From Vitrella brassicaformis CCMP3155 (lineage: Eukaryota > Protista > Chromerida): 64,000 nt of DNA. Position 1 is the stretch's first letter. Each line of letters begins with the position of its first letter. The stretch is from positions 1 to 64,000 of the forward strand of contig CDMY01000887.1 of NCBI GenBank assembly GCA_001179505.1, given 5' to 3'. The position numbers were made by a program, and so were the translations under genes. The notes under the pieces were generated by a model that saw only the letters and a list, made by a program, of their open reading frames with translations, did not search any database and was not told the origin of the DNA. Shown in pieces: positions 34,770-47,776 of the stretch.

Positions 34770-37700
34770 ATGAAGCTGACAGGCTCAAGTGAGCCTATTG
34801 AGGCGCCCCTGCGCCTCACAGCATGCGCCATTCACCCCTGCAGCGTCCTGCCCGACACGAAAAGTGCGTCAAGGATTCTACACTCAATGTGCGCTTCCTG
34901 GCACCCCTTCTCTCCTGCCTGTGCTCCTGCAGACCACTTCAGCAACTCGTTTGCTGTGAGGGAGCAGCCGCCCGCCATCTGTTTCCGCGAAGATGTGCGG
35001 CACCACCACCCCCAGCAGCAGAAGAAAGGCCCCGCCCGGATGGCCTATCGCCCCCCTCCCCCCACCGGTCCGCCGCCTGCACCGAAGCCGCCCGGCCGAC
35101 TCCTAGAGGGGCACTACGAGTATTCGCCCTGGGCGTTCGAGACTCTCGTGCCCCCAGGTGGCTAAATGGCCACACACACAGGAGAGACGCGATCGAGGCG
35201 GATCACACAGGACCGATGGGTGTTTCTGTGCTTGCTGTTCCAGACACGGAAGCGCGGCATGACCGCATCTTCAACCAGATAGCGGAGCCGCTTGTCCGGG
35301 GGGCTGTCCTGCGAGGGGAGAGTGGTATTGTTCTGTCCACTGGAGGAACGGGAAGCGGAAAGACCTTCACCCAATTGGGTATATGGAGATGACACGCACT
35401 TGCCATCAGACCGGTCACGTCGCCACTGGTCTGTGTCTCCTCTCTTCTGCAGGGAACTCAAGGAAGGGACAAGGTGGCATTGTACACGAATCGCTGGCGA
35501 GAGCCTTTCAACTGGTTCACGAGTCGTCCACAGTGATCTCCATCTCCTTTGTGGAGATATACCGAAACCGCATCCACGACCTCCTCCTCGACACCAATAC
35601 GAACAATGTACACAAACACGCCGAGACAAGCAGACGGAAACGGGCTCAGCGCGCTTATGCACGTTTCTGCTTGGTGTATGTGCAGCGGGATGATCGCAGG
35701 CGACGAGGCGGGCAGGGCGCCACCGGGTCAGCGCCAGGCACCACGAGCAAGTTTCGGTGTAGCACTTTGTTGGAGGCCCTCAGTCTGTTTGGCGAGGGTT
35801 GTGAGAGAAGGTGCGCAAACTCAGAGAGCCGGAAAGCAGAGTCCTCACACATTAATGCGATGCCGATCGTCTGTGCTGTGGGTGTGGTGTGATCCAGGCA
35901 CTCTGCCCATCTTCTGAGCAATCCAACTGCCTCTCGCGGTCACACCATCTTCATCGTGGGCTGAGTTCGACCCTGTCCGCCAGATCCATGTCTCTATTGC
36001 TGCATTTGTCTGTGTGTATGCAGATCGAATTCTCGGATCATGATAGCGGCCGATCGAGCGTGGTGTCGTTCGTGGACATGGCGACGGCTGTCGTACCAGA
36101 GCGGGTGGAGCCCACTGGCACAGGGCGCTATAAGGTATACGCGAAGGACGTGTCAAAGACGATTGAGGAGTCTCGTGAGACACTGAGGTCAGCAGATGAG
36201 CCCACCATATGTCTCGCCTCCTTTCTGGTCATGTGTGTCCGCTTCCTTGGCTGTGTCGCTGTCAGTCTGTGTGTGCGGAAGTTCAATGATGACAAGCAGC
36301 AGCGACTGCGGGAGGAACTCGAGGGTGCCGACGAGGAAGAGGCTGACCACGAGACGCACCAGGAGCGGAAGAAGCCGTTTGTGCCCAAGAGCCGGCCCAA
36401 CTCACGTCATATCATCCTTCAGCCCAGCCCGTTGCCGCGAGATTGGCGATCAAAGGTGGTGAGGAGAGCCCAGCCCGCCCCGCAGATGGTGAGGGCATGG
36501 GACGTGCCATGGACGTTTGGTCAAGTGCTGGAGCCAGCCCTGCCTGAGACGGCACCGTGGGACAAGACGGCTCTCACGGCCTGCCTGCGGCAGATATTTG
36601 AGCAGCCTGAAACGTGAGACAGGGAAAGGCATCCACAAGACCATTCTTTTTTTTGTCTCACTTTTACTACGTCCGCTTTGGTCAGGCTGAACATCGCTTT
36701 GCTGTACCACATCAAGTATGTCAGTCCCGCGCTCTCTGAGTCCGAAAGCCTCAAGTATCTCCGTCTCTTCCACCGCCTGCAAAAGGCGCTCCACTTTCCA
36801 ACGATGCCATTTGTCGACCCCAGTGACCTGTTTCCTCCCCGCCCCACCCTCCCGCCGCCGCCGAAACCGTACGTCCCCAAGACTCGCTTCCGCAAGGGGG
36901 ATGACTGGGCTATAGCGGACATCGACTCGCCCAGGGGCCTAGCAGAGCAGAGGGTGAAGGAGTGGAATCGCAAGGAGAGAGAGCGGACAATGCAGACGAC
37001 CGGAGCCACATTCCGCCAGCGGGGGAGTTCGCCGAGTGGCACAAAGGATACCGCACGTCGGAGAGACGAGGCTCCCGATCGCCGCCAAGCTCGTCAGTCC
37101 ACCGAGGCTGCTGCAGCACCTGGCCACAGAGGGACGACAAATGGTCGTACAACTGGCGGCATAAGGGGAATGGGGGGAGACACCACGCAGCCAAATGCGT
37201 CGGGTGTCCTGCAGCAGGACTTCCAGGCGAAGACGGCCCCAAGGACAAGAGGCACTACCACGGTCCCCCCCGCGCCCAAACAAAACAGCCACTCGGTCAA
37301 CCCCTCCCCTGTGCCGAAGCAGGCGGAACTTATTCGACCACTGGACAAGAAAACGCCACCGTGCCCTCCAAAAGTGGCGCCAACACCAGCAGCGGCGACC
37401 GTGAGAATTGTCGGGCGCACCAGCAGCACATCGCCAAACCCGACATCTCGTCTCCGCTGCAGTCGTGTCGGCGTCCAGGGGCCTCAGACGGCCCCAAAGT
37501 GGGGTATCCCAGTGCTTACAAGCAAGGAGGACAAAGCCCACCAGAAGGCGCCCTTCCGGGGCGCCGAGAAGACATCGGCACAGCAGGGAGCCGGAGTAGC
37601 CAAGACGGCCTCAGCAAAATACGGCAGCGCGTTGCCGAGTCGGGCGGCACGTACGTCGGGAGCTGGGCCGGGCGAGTGGCAGATCCTGTGGCCAGAGAAA

Positions 37701-40011
37701 AAGGACGACAGTGGCCGAGACACAGAGGAGGCGGACGTAGGAGGGGGGCAGGAGCAGGCCAACTTGGAGACACAGCGCCAGGAGATCCAGCCGTTGCCAG
37801 ACCATCAGCCGGCACAAATCGTCCAGCGCCAAGGAAGCGATGCAGAGCAAGAGCCGGCAGGCCATCTGTTGGTGCTGGCTGGACAAGAGGAACAGCCCGT
37901 GGAACAGAAAGAGGCGGATGTCGAGGTCGAGAAGAACGCGGAGGAGAAGGAGAAGATGACAGCGGAGGGGAGACACGAGGGAACAGAACAAGGGCTGACA
38001 GAAGCCGCCCAACAACCCGGGCCGGCTATCACGGCGGCTGACCAAGAGCCCGCTGAACAAAAGGAGGCCGGCGGAATGGAGACCAAAGAGGAGGAAAAGA
38101 CAGGAAAGCCAGAGGAGAGACCGCGCCGCAGCTGCCGGAAGGAGGGGCGTGGCTTCTTCTTTGACGATTCGGTGGCCAACAGCAAGATCGAGAGACCGTC
38201 GACATGCGACTCCCCTCTCCGCGCCTGGTTGGCCAGCCCGCTGTCGATTGATGGTATTGGTGAGCCCCGCCGCATTGTGATCGAGCCGCCCTCTCCAGTG
38301 GAGAAGGCCCGTGAGCGTGCCAAGCGCAACGCATCTCTGCACAAGCGACGAGCGGGGACAAGGGATGCGATTGACGTTGAGGGTGTGGAGGAGGACAGCA
38401 CTACTGACATCATTGGGGGGGCCGTGAGAGTCAAGAGGGGGGCCGGGAAGGGGAAAAGCTGGAATGTCAGCCCCGCTGGAGTGCAGAGCTGCCCGCAGAC
38501 CAACATCACCACTGCTATCAATTTCACTCAGGTAAGAAGACGGAGTAGACATGGGAGTCATGTGAATGTCAGTTCTGTTACCTGCTTGTCTGCCTGTATC
38601 AGAGTGCGATTGATCTGCCTGATTCGCCAATGACTCTTGCGAAGGGCCCTGTCGTTGCAGTGAGACCGAAGATCACTTCCGAGTTCCTTCCTGCCAAAAG
38701 CTGTGGAGTGCCAAGAATACCAAACGACCACCGCCAGGTGAGGCAAAGAGATGGATGCACAGAAAGATGGAAGAAGGGATGTCAGCCAGAGTCATGTTCC
38801 CTCCCCTTTGGGTGTGCGTGTCTCCACAGCAGAGCCCGTATAGCAACGCCACACAAGGATATGGCTTTGTTGCTGCAAGCACTGCCGCACCGTCGGCCAC
38901 TAACTTCAAGTCGCCTCGAACCCCTATTTTCGGACCGATCGCTGCCAAGCAGGCGCCACCCGCCCCACCAAGCATCGACCACCACATGTGGAACAATCCC
39001 ATTCAGCAGGTGAGACACATCCCACAGACGCATCACGCCTTTACGTGTGCCTCTGCATACACAACAGAGAGTTGTCAACCGGGAAGTCAGCAGTGTGCTG
39101 CCCAGCGCCCGGCTCCCCAACCGCTCCTCGCAGCGGGAGACCACAACAACCACAACAGATGTGCTGGACAGTGCTGAGCAAGATGATCTTGGCGGCGGCG
39201 TGGAGGCCATGGTCCCAGCCATTCGCCAGCTGACGGTCGATGAGGAGGAGATGGCGGGCGCCCAAGGACGTCGAACCACCGCCGAAGTGCCGCTGCGGCA
39301 GCCCAAAGCAGCGGTAAGAGCCAACATGGCATGGTTTTGATGGAGGATGAGCTGATCCACCAATTTGTTGTGTTGTGTGTGCAGCCGCTGCGAGTCGGCA
39401 CGATTCGTCAGGCCTTTTCTCCCCCCGGCACACTCAGCCGGCCGTTTGTGCCCAAAAGCCATGGCAGTCCCAAAATGACGAATCCAAAACCAGTGGTGAG
39501 AGACGCGGGGCGGCCACAAGATGCTCATGTCAGTGACCCATTGTGTCTCTCTGTGTGCGTGCAGGTGAGGCTTGGTGCAGGTGTTCGACCCGCTGTGCCA
39601 CCGACAGGCGCATCCGGCCACATTAGACGGCTTCCCCCCCAACACGGGCCAGTGCCTGTGAACATGTGTGTAACGCATCAGCTGGCAATCAGCACCAACA
39701 GGAGGTGTCACCTTTGTCTGTATGGGATGTCTTTGTGCGTGCAGGTACCCTGCCCCAGCTAGAGCTGGCAGCCCCGCGCTGGCTGTGACCAGGACAGTGA
39801 TCTGTCCCACGCCGACCCCCATGGCGGTGCCCATCTACACGCCCACCTTCATGCATCACCAGGTCAGTCAAGTCAATGACTGAACATGCCCATCGATTCG
39901 TTCATGTCTCTCATGCCGCACACACAAGTCCCTCTCTCTTTCTGTGGGTGTGGGTGTCGACAGGCCTATCCGCTGTTCGGTGCTGGTGCCCCCCGACCAC
40001 CCGTGCGTTGA
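34770..40011 (+). CDS. Highly divergent kinesin motor-like protein with long low-complexity tail, multi-exon
   Basis: P-loop GGTGSGKTFT, ISFVEIYRNRIHDLL, switch I-like NPTASRGHTIF, switch II-like SFVDMATAVVPER, and PWDKTALTACL...YVSPALSESESLKYL (cf. PYRDSKLTRLL...ISP...ETLSTL). Ends GAPRPPVR*. Confidence 0.8.
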
Positions 40012-40901
40012 TCGAAGCTGTCTCCATGGTTGTATTGTGTGCTGGTGTTTCGTGTTTGTGTTATGTGTGGGCTGCTAGTTGGCCGTAAGTCGGCTTCGGA
40101 AGAGTTATCGACGTGATCACAAGCGACGTACTGGCAGATCCATCCCAATTGACGCCATCCACCAGACGAGCCAGTCACTATTTACAGCATCCACACACAC
40201 ACACACACACGGGGACACACAAGGAGACGGCGGCAATACGCAACGGTTGGCTCACATCAGCGGGAGCCACGGAAGCATCAGATCCGTCATGGCCACCCTA
40301 GCACCCAAACCACACACGCGTGCACCAGCCGAGCCCATCCGCATCTGCGCACATGAGTCTAGAAGGCCATGTTGCGACCTCGTCGCGAATCGTCACACGG
40401 TGAGCCAGGACGTGCCTCATCATGTCGATCGAGCAGCGAGGAGGGCACCAGATAGCACTTCTACCACCGATATGCACGCACCGCAGAAGAAAGGCCACGT
40501 CCATGAATCAAGAGCTGGCCAACGAGTTGTGTTGGTTCGTTGAATCGTTCGTGTCGGATGTGGGATCATGCCTCATCCCACAGACGACCACGCGACATCG
40601 GTATTCTGTGGGACGAATACGGACTTGTCGTCGCCGCCGTCGGCCAGATAAGACATGCTCCCCATCGAAAATACGAAACGGCAATTCGTGGATGAATAGG
40701 CATATGCACACTCACAGCTCGACAAACGGGCAAGGCAAGGCAAGGCAAGGCAACGTGGAAAGACCACCTCCAAAAACTACCCCATCCCACTCATCCGGGT
40801 GTGGTGTGCAGGTCTGCATCTCTTCCACCCCTCCGCCCTTCCCTCCCTCCCTCCCTGACTAGAGGTAGCTACCACGCACTTGGCCATCTGCAGACAGACT
40901 G

Positions 40902-43849
40902 TCACCGCCTGCCGTCCTCCATCGTGTCAGCATCTGCATCCTCGCCGTTACCGTTGCCATTGCCATTGCCACCTGCTTCTGCACCGGCTGCTGCTGGTGC
41001 TGCCGGTGCTGGTGGTGCTTGTGGGACCGCCCCCTCGCCCACCGTCTCCACCACCTCGCTGCCCGTCGCACCCTCCGGCGCCTGGTCGCTCTCGGATGTG
41101 ATCTCCTTCTTCAGATCCTCATCTCCTCCGCTGCTGCTGGATGATGCCGCACTCTCTCCCGCACCCTGGCTCTCTGCTGCTGTCGCCTCACCACCACCAC
41201 CACTCACCTCCGGCTGCTGCTGCTGCTGCTGGTTTGATGCTGTGACGCTGTCGGTGACGTTTGTCGGTGTCTGCTGTGGGGCTGGAGGTGGTTGTGGCGC
41301 GTTGTTGTTGGCCTCTCCGTCTGCCGTGGTCTCTGCTGCCGCTCCTGCTGCTGCCGATGACGCCTCCTCGCCACTCGTCGCCTGTTTCTCTGCCTCTGCG
41401 TCTGTGTCTTTCGCAGTCGTCTCAGCTGCTGCTGCTGCTGCTTCTGGTTCCTTCTGCTGTTGCTGCTCCGGTTGCTGCTGCTGATCCTGCTGCTGCTGCT
41501 CCGGTTGCTGCTGCTGCTCACCGCCATCCCTTCCTGTGTCTGTGTCTGTCTGCACGGCTGCGATGCCGTCAGCGGCGGGTTGTTGTGGCTTGGTGCCCGC
41601 GATGGATGTGGGGTCGATGTTGTGGTCCGCTATGTAGGTGAGCAACGGGGGGTCGGTGCCGTCGTCGCGCTTCTTGAGCTTGCTCATGTCGCCACGGGAG
41701 GCGAACCTGACAGACAGACGAAGGGACAGCAGTGGTGGGGAGTTGGGTGTGGGTGTGCGGGGGCGTTGTTGGCTCGGCTGACCACCCACCAGTCTAGCGT
41801 TTCCTTTGTGAACTCTGCGGTGATCTCGTGGCTGGCCCACGCGATGTTGAGCTCCTCGGAGATGGCCGACTCGTCAGCCTGGACACACACATACGCACAC
41901 ACACACACACACACACACACAGACGCGATGACAACAGACAAGTCACACCAGCAGGGAGTGGGGGGTGGGGATGGCGTGTGCGTACGGTGAGTGAGATCCC
42001 CCGGTCCTTTATTTCCGTAACGGTGAGGTCGAAGAGCTCTCGCCATGGGCACCGACTGACACACACACACACACACACACATCCATTGTGAGCGACAGGG
42101 CAGGGCAGCGCAAAGAGGTCCGTGTCTGTGTGCTGTGGCTGTGTTTGCCGTCTTGATCTTACTGGCTGTCTCGCGGGTTTTCCTTCAGGAATCCGTCCTC
42201 GTCTATCAGTTGCTTGTCCCGCAGCGCCTTGTGCAGCTTCCCTGACAGCTCCTCGTCTATCTGCGGGCGCGCACAGCACAGCACACAAGTGAATTCACAC
42301 ATGGGGAGATGGTGCAGAGAGAGCAGCGCAGCCACTTCCCTCCCACCTCTGGGATGCGATCGGAGAAGAACTTGGGCGTGATGGGGTGGGGCTTGACGGA
42401 GAGCAGAAGGGCGGGCCGCTGACGCTCACGGAGACCCTCAATGTTGCCGCGAACCACACCTGACGCACACACACACACACACGCAATCCATCCATCCAGC
42501 CACCGCTGTTGGTGCCCTCATGTGTAGCGCGCGTACGTGTGGTGGCCTTGTCTTTGCTCATAGAGATGAATAGCACCGGCGGGTATTTGTCGAGCATCTC
42601 GTCGTGCAGCACGATGGCCATGATCTGCACCGCCACGGCGTCAAACTTGAGACCCCGATCCACCAGCTCCTTCGAACCGATGAGCGAACCGATCAGACCC
42701 CCGCCCGACGACGCCCCCACTGCAAACAGGGGGAGGGACTCCCACCCTTCGCGGTGCCTGCAACACACACACTCACAGAGAGAGAGAGAGAGAGAGATGA
42801 GGTGGACGGCATAGCACAATGGCCCCAACACACACACACACTGGGAGACGCCCTGACCTGAGTATCTCCAGCGCCTTCAGGACTCTCTTGCCGTCCTGCT
42901 CGAAGTGCCAGCACATCCTCTGCCGGTTGGCGCTGCTGATGGCCACCACTCCATAGCCCTCGCTCAGCATCTCCCTCACCATCTGCCGCTCCTCCGGCAG
43001 ACCCAGGCACCTCTCGCAGCCGGGCGACTTAGGCCAGAAATCAGTGGCCGAGTGGTGGCATCCGTGGGCGAGGAAGACGACGCCGCGAGAGGGGCCGCCT
43101 GGTGGCGCCTCCCACACGACCTCGATGCTGCCGTCGAGCACCTCTAGATGGGGGGACGACTTGGGGGGCTCCTCCTTGACGGCTGGGGCTGGGGCTGCTG
43201 CTGCTGATGATGATGCCTGGGCAACGGTGTCCTTGGCGGCGTCATCTCGCTCCACCACAGCCGCCCCCTCCTGCACCACAGCCACTTCCCCGCTGCTGCT
43301 CGCCGTTTCCTCAGTCTTGGAGGCGGCACTCTGGTCAGATTTTGTCGCGTCATCAGGGGCTGATCCAGCGGGTGGTTGATCAGCTGACGTGTCGGCGTCT
43401 GCGTCTGTGTCTGCATCGTCCTCTTGCTCGTCAGTTATTGCCTCGTCCTTGGGCTGCTCGACTGCCGACGACTGCGGCGGAAGGAACGAGTCGCCCGAGT
43501 CGGCCGTCAGCCGGTGCTGCCCTTGAGCCACTCGCCTGGACGAGGCAATGCTGATGACCTGCTGCCCGTCCTGGCGCATATTGGCCGGCTGGAAGCTGCT
43601 GCCCCTGGATGCCAGGAAGGCGCCCACACACAGGAGGACGCCGATGCAGCTCACGCCGACGATGCTGCGCGTCCTGCCGGACTTGGCTGCGCAGATGCCG
43701 GCCATGCAGTTGCGGCGGTGGAGCTTGCTGCTGCTGTCGTCTATGCCTAGGGACAAAGATGTATGGTCAGTGCTGCTGCTGGTGTCGGCGGTGAGTGGAC
43801 GGCCCTCCTCTAGACTGGAGCCGCGGGAGATGTGACGGGCGCTCGTCAT
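40902..43849 (-). CDS. Alpha/beta-hydrolase fold protein with N-terminal TM anchor and Q/E/G-rich tail
   Basis: TM IVGVSCIGVLLCVGAFLA, FLAHGC, GLPEE, nucleophile elbow VGASSGG, SMSKD and EELNIAWASHE give a plausible Ser-Asp-His triad. Confidence 0.8.
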
Positions 43850-44146
43850 CCGTGGCAGCAAACGCACATATCGCCGATACTTCTGCTGCAGCAAAGCAGT
43901 GTGTCCAGTCTACCACTCCCCAGGCCCCTTCTCGCCGCAAAAAGACGTTTTCCCTCTCCCCATTAGCTCGCCTTCGCCTCCTCAAAGTCCGAGAGCATTT
44001 CTATCTCTTTTTCGCTGCTTTGGTGTGTCGGGAGAGCCACCACTATCCTCATTTCTCGCTGTCCCACCGCTTCCCATCCCTTCCCACACGCATGAAGGTT
44101 GCGACCCTTGCCGGCATGGGCTGATAGATTCGACTCATCCCCAGCC

Positions 44147-45024
44147 ATGAGGAGGCTCTCCTTCGGTGGCCTTTTCGGCAGAAAGGCAGCAGACGCAGGC
44201 CGGGGAGGCGCGACTGATCTGATTCAGCCCGGTAGCACTGGCTCTGGCGGCGGCGATGCCATTGGCGGCGGGGCGGCGGGCACACACACACCGGCCGCCA
44301 ACGAACCTCTCACCGTCTATGTCGACGGTAAGACCACTGCACGGCCGTCATGTCGCCCGTGTGGGCGTGGATCTGTGGAAATGAGAAGGGCAGACCTGTC
44401 AGAAGGGGCGTGATGTGATGGGGTGGTGGGACACATGTCTTTCTTTGGTCTCTTGTGTGGTGTGTTGTGGTGTGGTCAGGGAGCTGGCCGTTCCTGCACG
44501 CGGGGCACTTCCACGAGTTTCAGCACATCAAGGAGGTGCTACCCAATGCCTCCCTGGTGGTGGGCGTGTGTGGCGACGATGAAACGGGGGCCTTCTACGT
44601 GAGACGAGATGAGATAGATGCACACACTAACGCACACGCGCAGGGGGGCACTGGAAGGAAGGCATCACAGGGTCACATCGTTGTGCAATTGACGTGTTGG
44701 CTGTGGTGTGTGGTTGTGTGTTGTGTGTTGTGTGTTGTGTGTGCGATCAGATGACGCCGATTCAGCCGCATGAGCAGAAGGTGGCGACTCTCCAGTACCT
44801 CAAAAATGTTGACCGGATCATAGACGCACCCTGGGTCGTCACACCGGTCGGTGCACACCGCACGTGTCACACCTGACACGCGACGCGCACATCGCATGTG
44901 CGTGTGGCGTTCGTTGTGTTGGTTGTCGCTGGCTGTGCGTGTTGGGTGGGTGCAGGAGTGGCTGGACCGACATAACATCCACACCGTTGGTACGTCCAGC
45001 CAGCCAATATTGCGTGTCCATCTG

Positions 45025-45055
<31 letters not shown>

Positions 45056-45155
45056 CAGTGCTGACGCCCCAGTCCAACACGTTGCGCCGATTCAGCCCCG
45101 AGTTCAATGAAGCGACGGTCAAAGCCATCCGACAGAAACTACAGGTACGTCAGCA

Positions 45156-45186
<31 letters not shown>

Positions 45187-47776
45187 CAAGAGAACCGACA
45201 CAAGCCCGTTTGTCTGTGTGTGGTATGGTGTGTAATATGTCCATTTCCAGGCCGACAGCCGTGTGATAGATCTGACGAGGACCGGCGCGTTGGTCCCGTC
45301 CCGGAGCAACAGCAACTCGGCGTTTGGGCAGGAGGGCGATCCCGTGACCAACGAGACAATACTCCGCAGCATCAACCAAAGCATCTGCTCACACATAGAC
45401 AAGTACACACACACACAGAGGGAGGGAGGGAGGGAGGGAGGGGCCAGGACCATCCATCCATCTGTGCGTGTGTGTGTGTCTGTGTGTGTGTGTGTGAAGG
45501 TTGATGAAGGAGGGCCACAGTTCGGCTGAGCTGGGCATCAGCGGGTTGACGGCGTGGCAGATTCAGACCATCATGGACCTCACGCATCCGAGCCCAGAGG
45601 TAAGCAACACCAACGACCACACAAGCACACACACCACACGAACACGCGTGTGGATGCGTGTAATGCGGTCTGGTCTGGTGTGTGGTGGCTGGTTGGTCTG
45701 ATCAGATGACAGCGTTGATCGACTGGGCGTTCCCCAAGATCCCCAACAACATCACACCCTCACTCAGCAACGCACCCGTGGTAACCCACCCCAACCAACA
45801 CACGTGCAACAACACGCATACCCTCCCTCCCCCCTCTCACACACACACAGAGAATCTTATCTTTCCTTGTGTGTCTGCAGGGCATTGGCATCTTCCCGCC
45901 CGACGCACCCGAGATCCCCACCTCAACTTCGACCTCGGCCGCAGCTGCAGCGGCCACATCTGCCAGTGCCCAGCAGACAGACCACCCCGCCCCCCCTCCC
46001 GCTCCCGCCCCCACTCACACGGAGACACCGGCAGCCGCCGCATCTACGTCACCGTTCGGGATCCTGACCTCCATGCTCGGCTGCGCCAGGCGGGGCTCTC
46101 GACAGCATGCCAAACGAATCGCAGCAAACACAAATATGATCCCACTGGTGCGCAGAGAGATACCCACACAAAGAAGACGCATGTGCACATAAGACCATCC
46201 ATCCAGCCATCCATGTGTTCCTTCTCAGAAGCCCGGCAACGTAGTAGACGAGGAAGAGGCAGTGGCTGAGCGTGAGAACGAGCTCGAGTTGGTTGAGGAG
46301 TCGGCCGAGGCCGGCCAGGCGGGCAAGCGCAAGCGCGAGCCGAGCCGCCGCTACGGCACGGCTTCGACCTTCCACACAGACGTGGGTGCGTCGGTGGGGG
46401 CGCTGGCGTCGCTGCCGGCCAATCACGTGGATGTAGTCATGGAGGATGCTGCAGTGGGGGCGGCCATAGGTGTGGGTGTGGGTATCGCGGTGGGAGGTAG
46501 CCCTGCTGACGGTGCTGGCGGTCCTGACAAGAGCCCCATCGTCGCGCCGGCTGCGGGCGGCGAGCGCATGGCGCGCCTCTCCAACGAGCAGCGGAGCCAG
46601 AAAAAGGCCAGAAGTGAGAAAACCGCAAGATGGGGCTTCGTCTCTTTCTCGTTATCATTCCAATTTCCGTTGTGTGCCTGTGGCAATCCCTTTGGTCCTT
46701 CAGCGCGTGACGTTGGTGCTGGTGCTGCGGATCTGCCCCAGCCTGGTGAGCCGTCGGCCCCGGCTGACGACCCCAGTGTGATCAACCTCACGGCCGAGAT
46801 CCCATCGTCATATGACCGCGCCCACCATACGACGACGGCCGAGCAGGCCCGCCTCCGCCTGGACTACGACGACGAGGCGGCGCCCGACGTGTGGGGCGAC
46901 CTGGAGCAGACGGGCGCTGCCGGCATCGGATTCCCCGAGGGCGAGGGTGAGGACCAGCAGCAGCACCAGTGGGGACAGCCATACCAGCAGACTAGCAATG
47001 CAGCAGCAGCGGCAGCAGTCGCCTACCAGGTGAAGGTGACGGCCACCCTCGCCGGCACCGCCAAGGAGGGCGGCGCGCCCCGACCCCCGACAGACGTGGA
47101 GGGCGAGGAGAGCTACCCAATCTCCCCCCCAGACGCCATGCAGACGGCTCGGGGTGGGGGCGACCAGGGTGCTGGTGGAGGCGGCGAGAGCGGAGGGGGC
47201 AGTGTCAACGGCCATGGGGATGAGGGCGCGAGTAGCGGCGAGATGGACCATAGTGGTGGAGATTCGGTTGAGGAGGGCACACAGCAGCAGGACCAGCAGT
47301 ATGGAGGCGAGCAGGAGGGCTACGACGACTCCCCGCCCCCGCCCTCGGGCAGCGAGGCCGTGCGTCAGGCCTTTGGTGGCTTTGCCATCGACCCTTCTGC
47401 GGCAGACCACCCGGCCCAGCTGCACCCGGACCCCATGCCGGCGGCACACGCCCACGCCACGCAGCAGTACCCCTACCAGCAGCACCCATACCAGCAGCAA
47501 GACCCTTACCAATACCAGCAATACCAGCAGCAGCAGCAGCAGTACGAGGAAGAAGGAGAACAGGGGGACGGAGAGGGCGAGGGCGGCGAGTCGATGGAGG
47601 AGGGGTCCGGTGAGTATAGCGGCAACAGTGGTGGCGAGGGCGAGCAGAGCGGAGAGCAGAGCGGCGAGCCGAGTGGGCAGCCGAGCCCGCCAGACGGAGA
47701 GGGGGAGGGGGAGCTGCAGGAGAGCGTAGGGGAGGAGGAGGAGGAGGAATCTGGCGAGCCCACGCCCGAGGAATGA
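44147..47776 (+). CDS. Divergent CTP:phosphocholine/phosphoethanolamine cytidylyltransferase-like protein with long acidic tail
   Basis: TVYVDGSWPFLHAGH (HxGH), LVVGVCGD, NVDRIIDAPWVVTPEWLDRHNI and MKEGHSSAELGIS (cf. CCT LQRGYTAKELNVS). The acceptor at ~46229 suggests ORF 46262-47776 is the terminal exon. The alternative stop is 46192. Confidence 0.7.

Noticed and set aside
6062-47776. PSS and CCT-like genes as a phospholipid pathway cluster
   Set aside because: They are about 36 kb apart with many unrelated genes between, so the co-location is probably coincidental.
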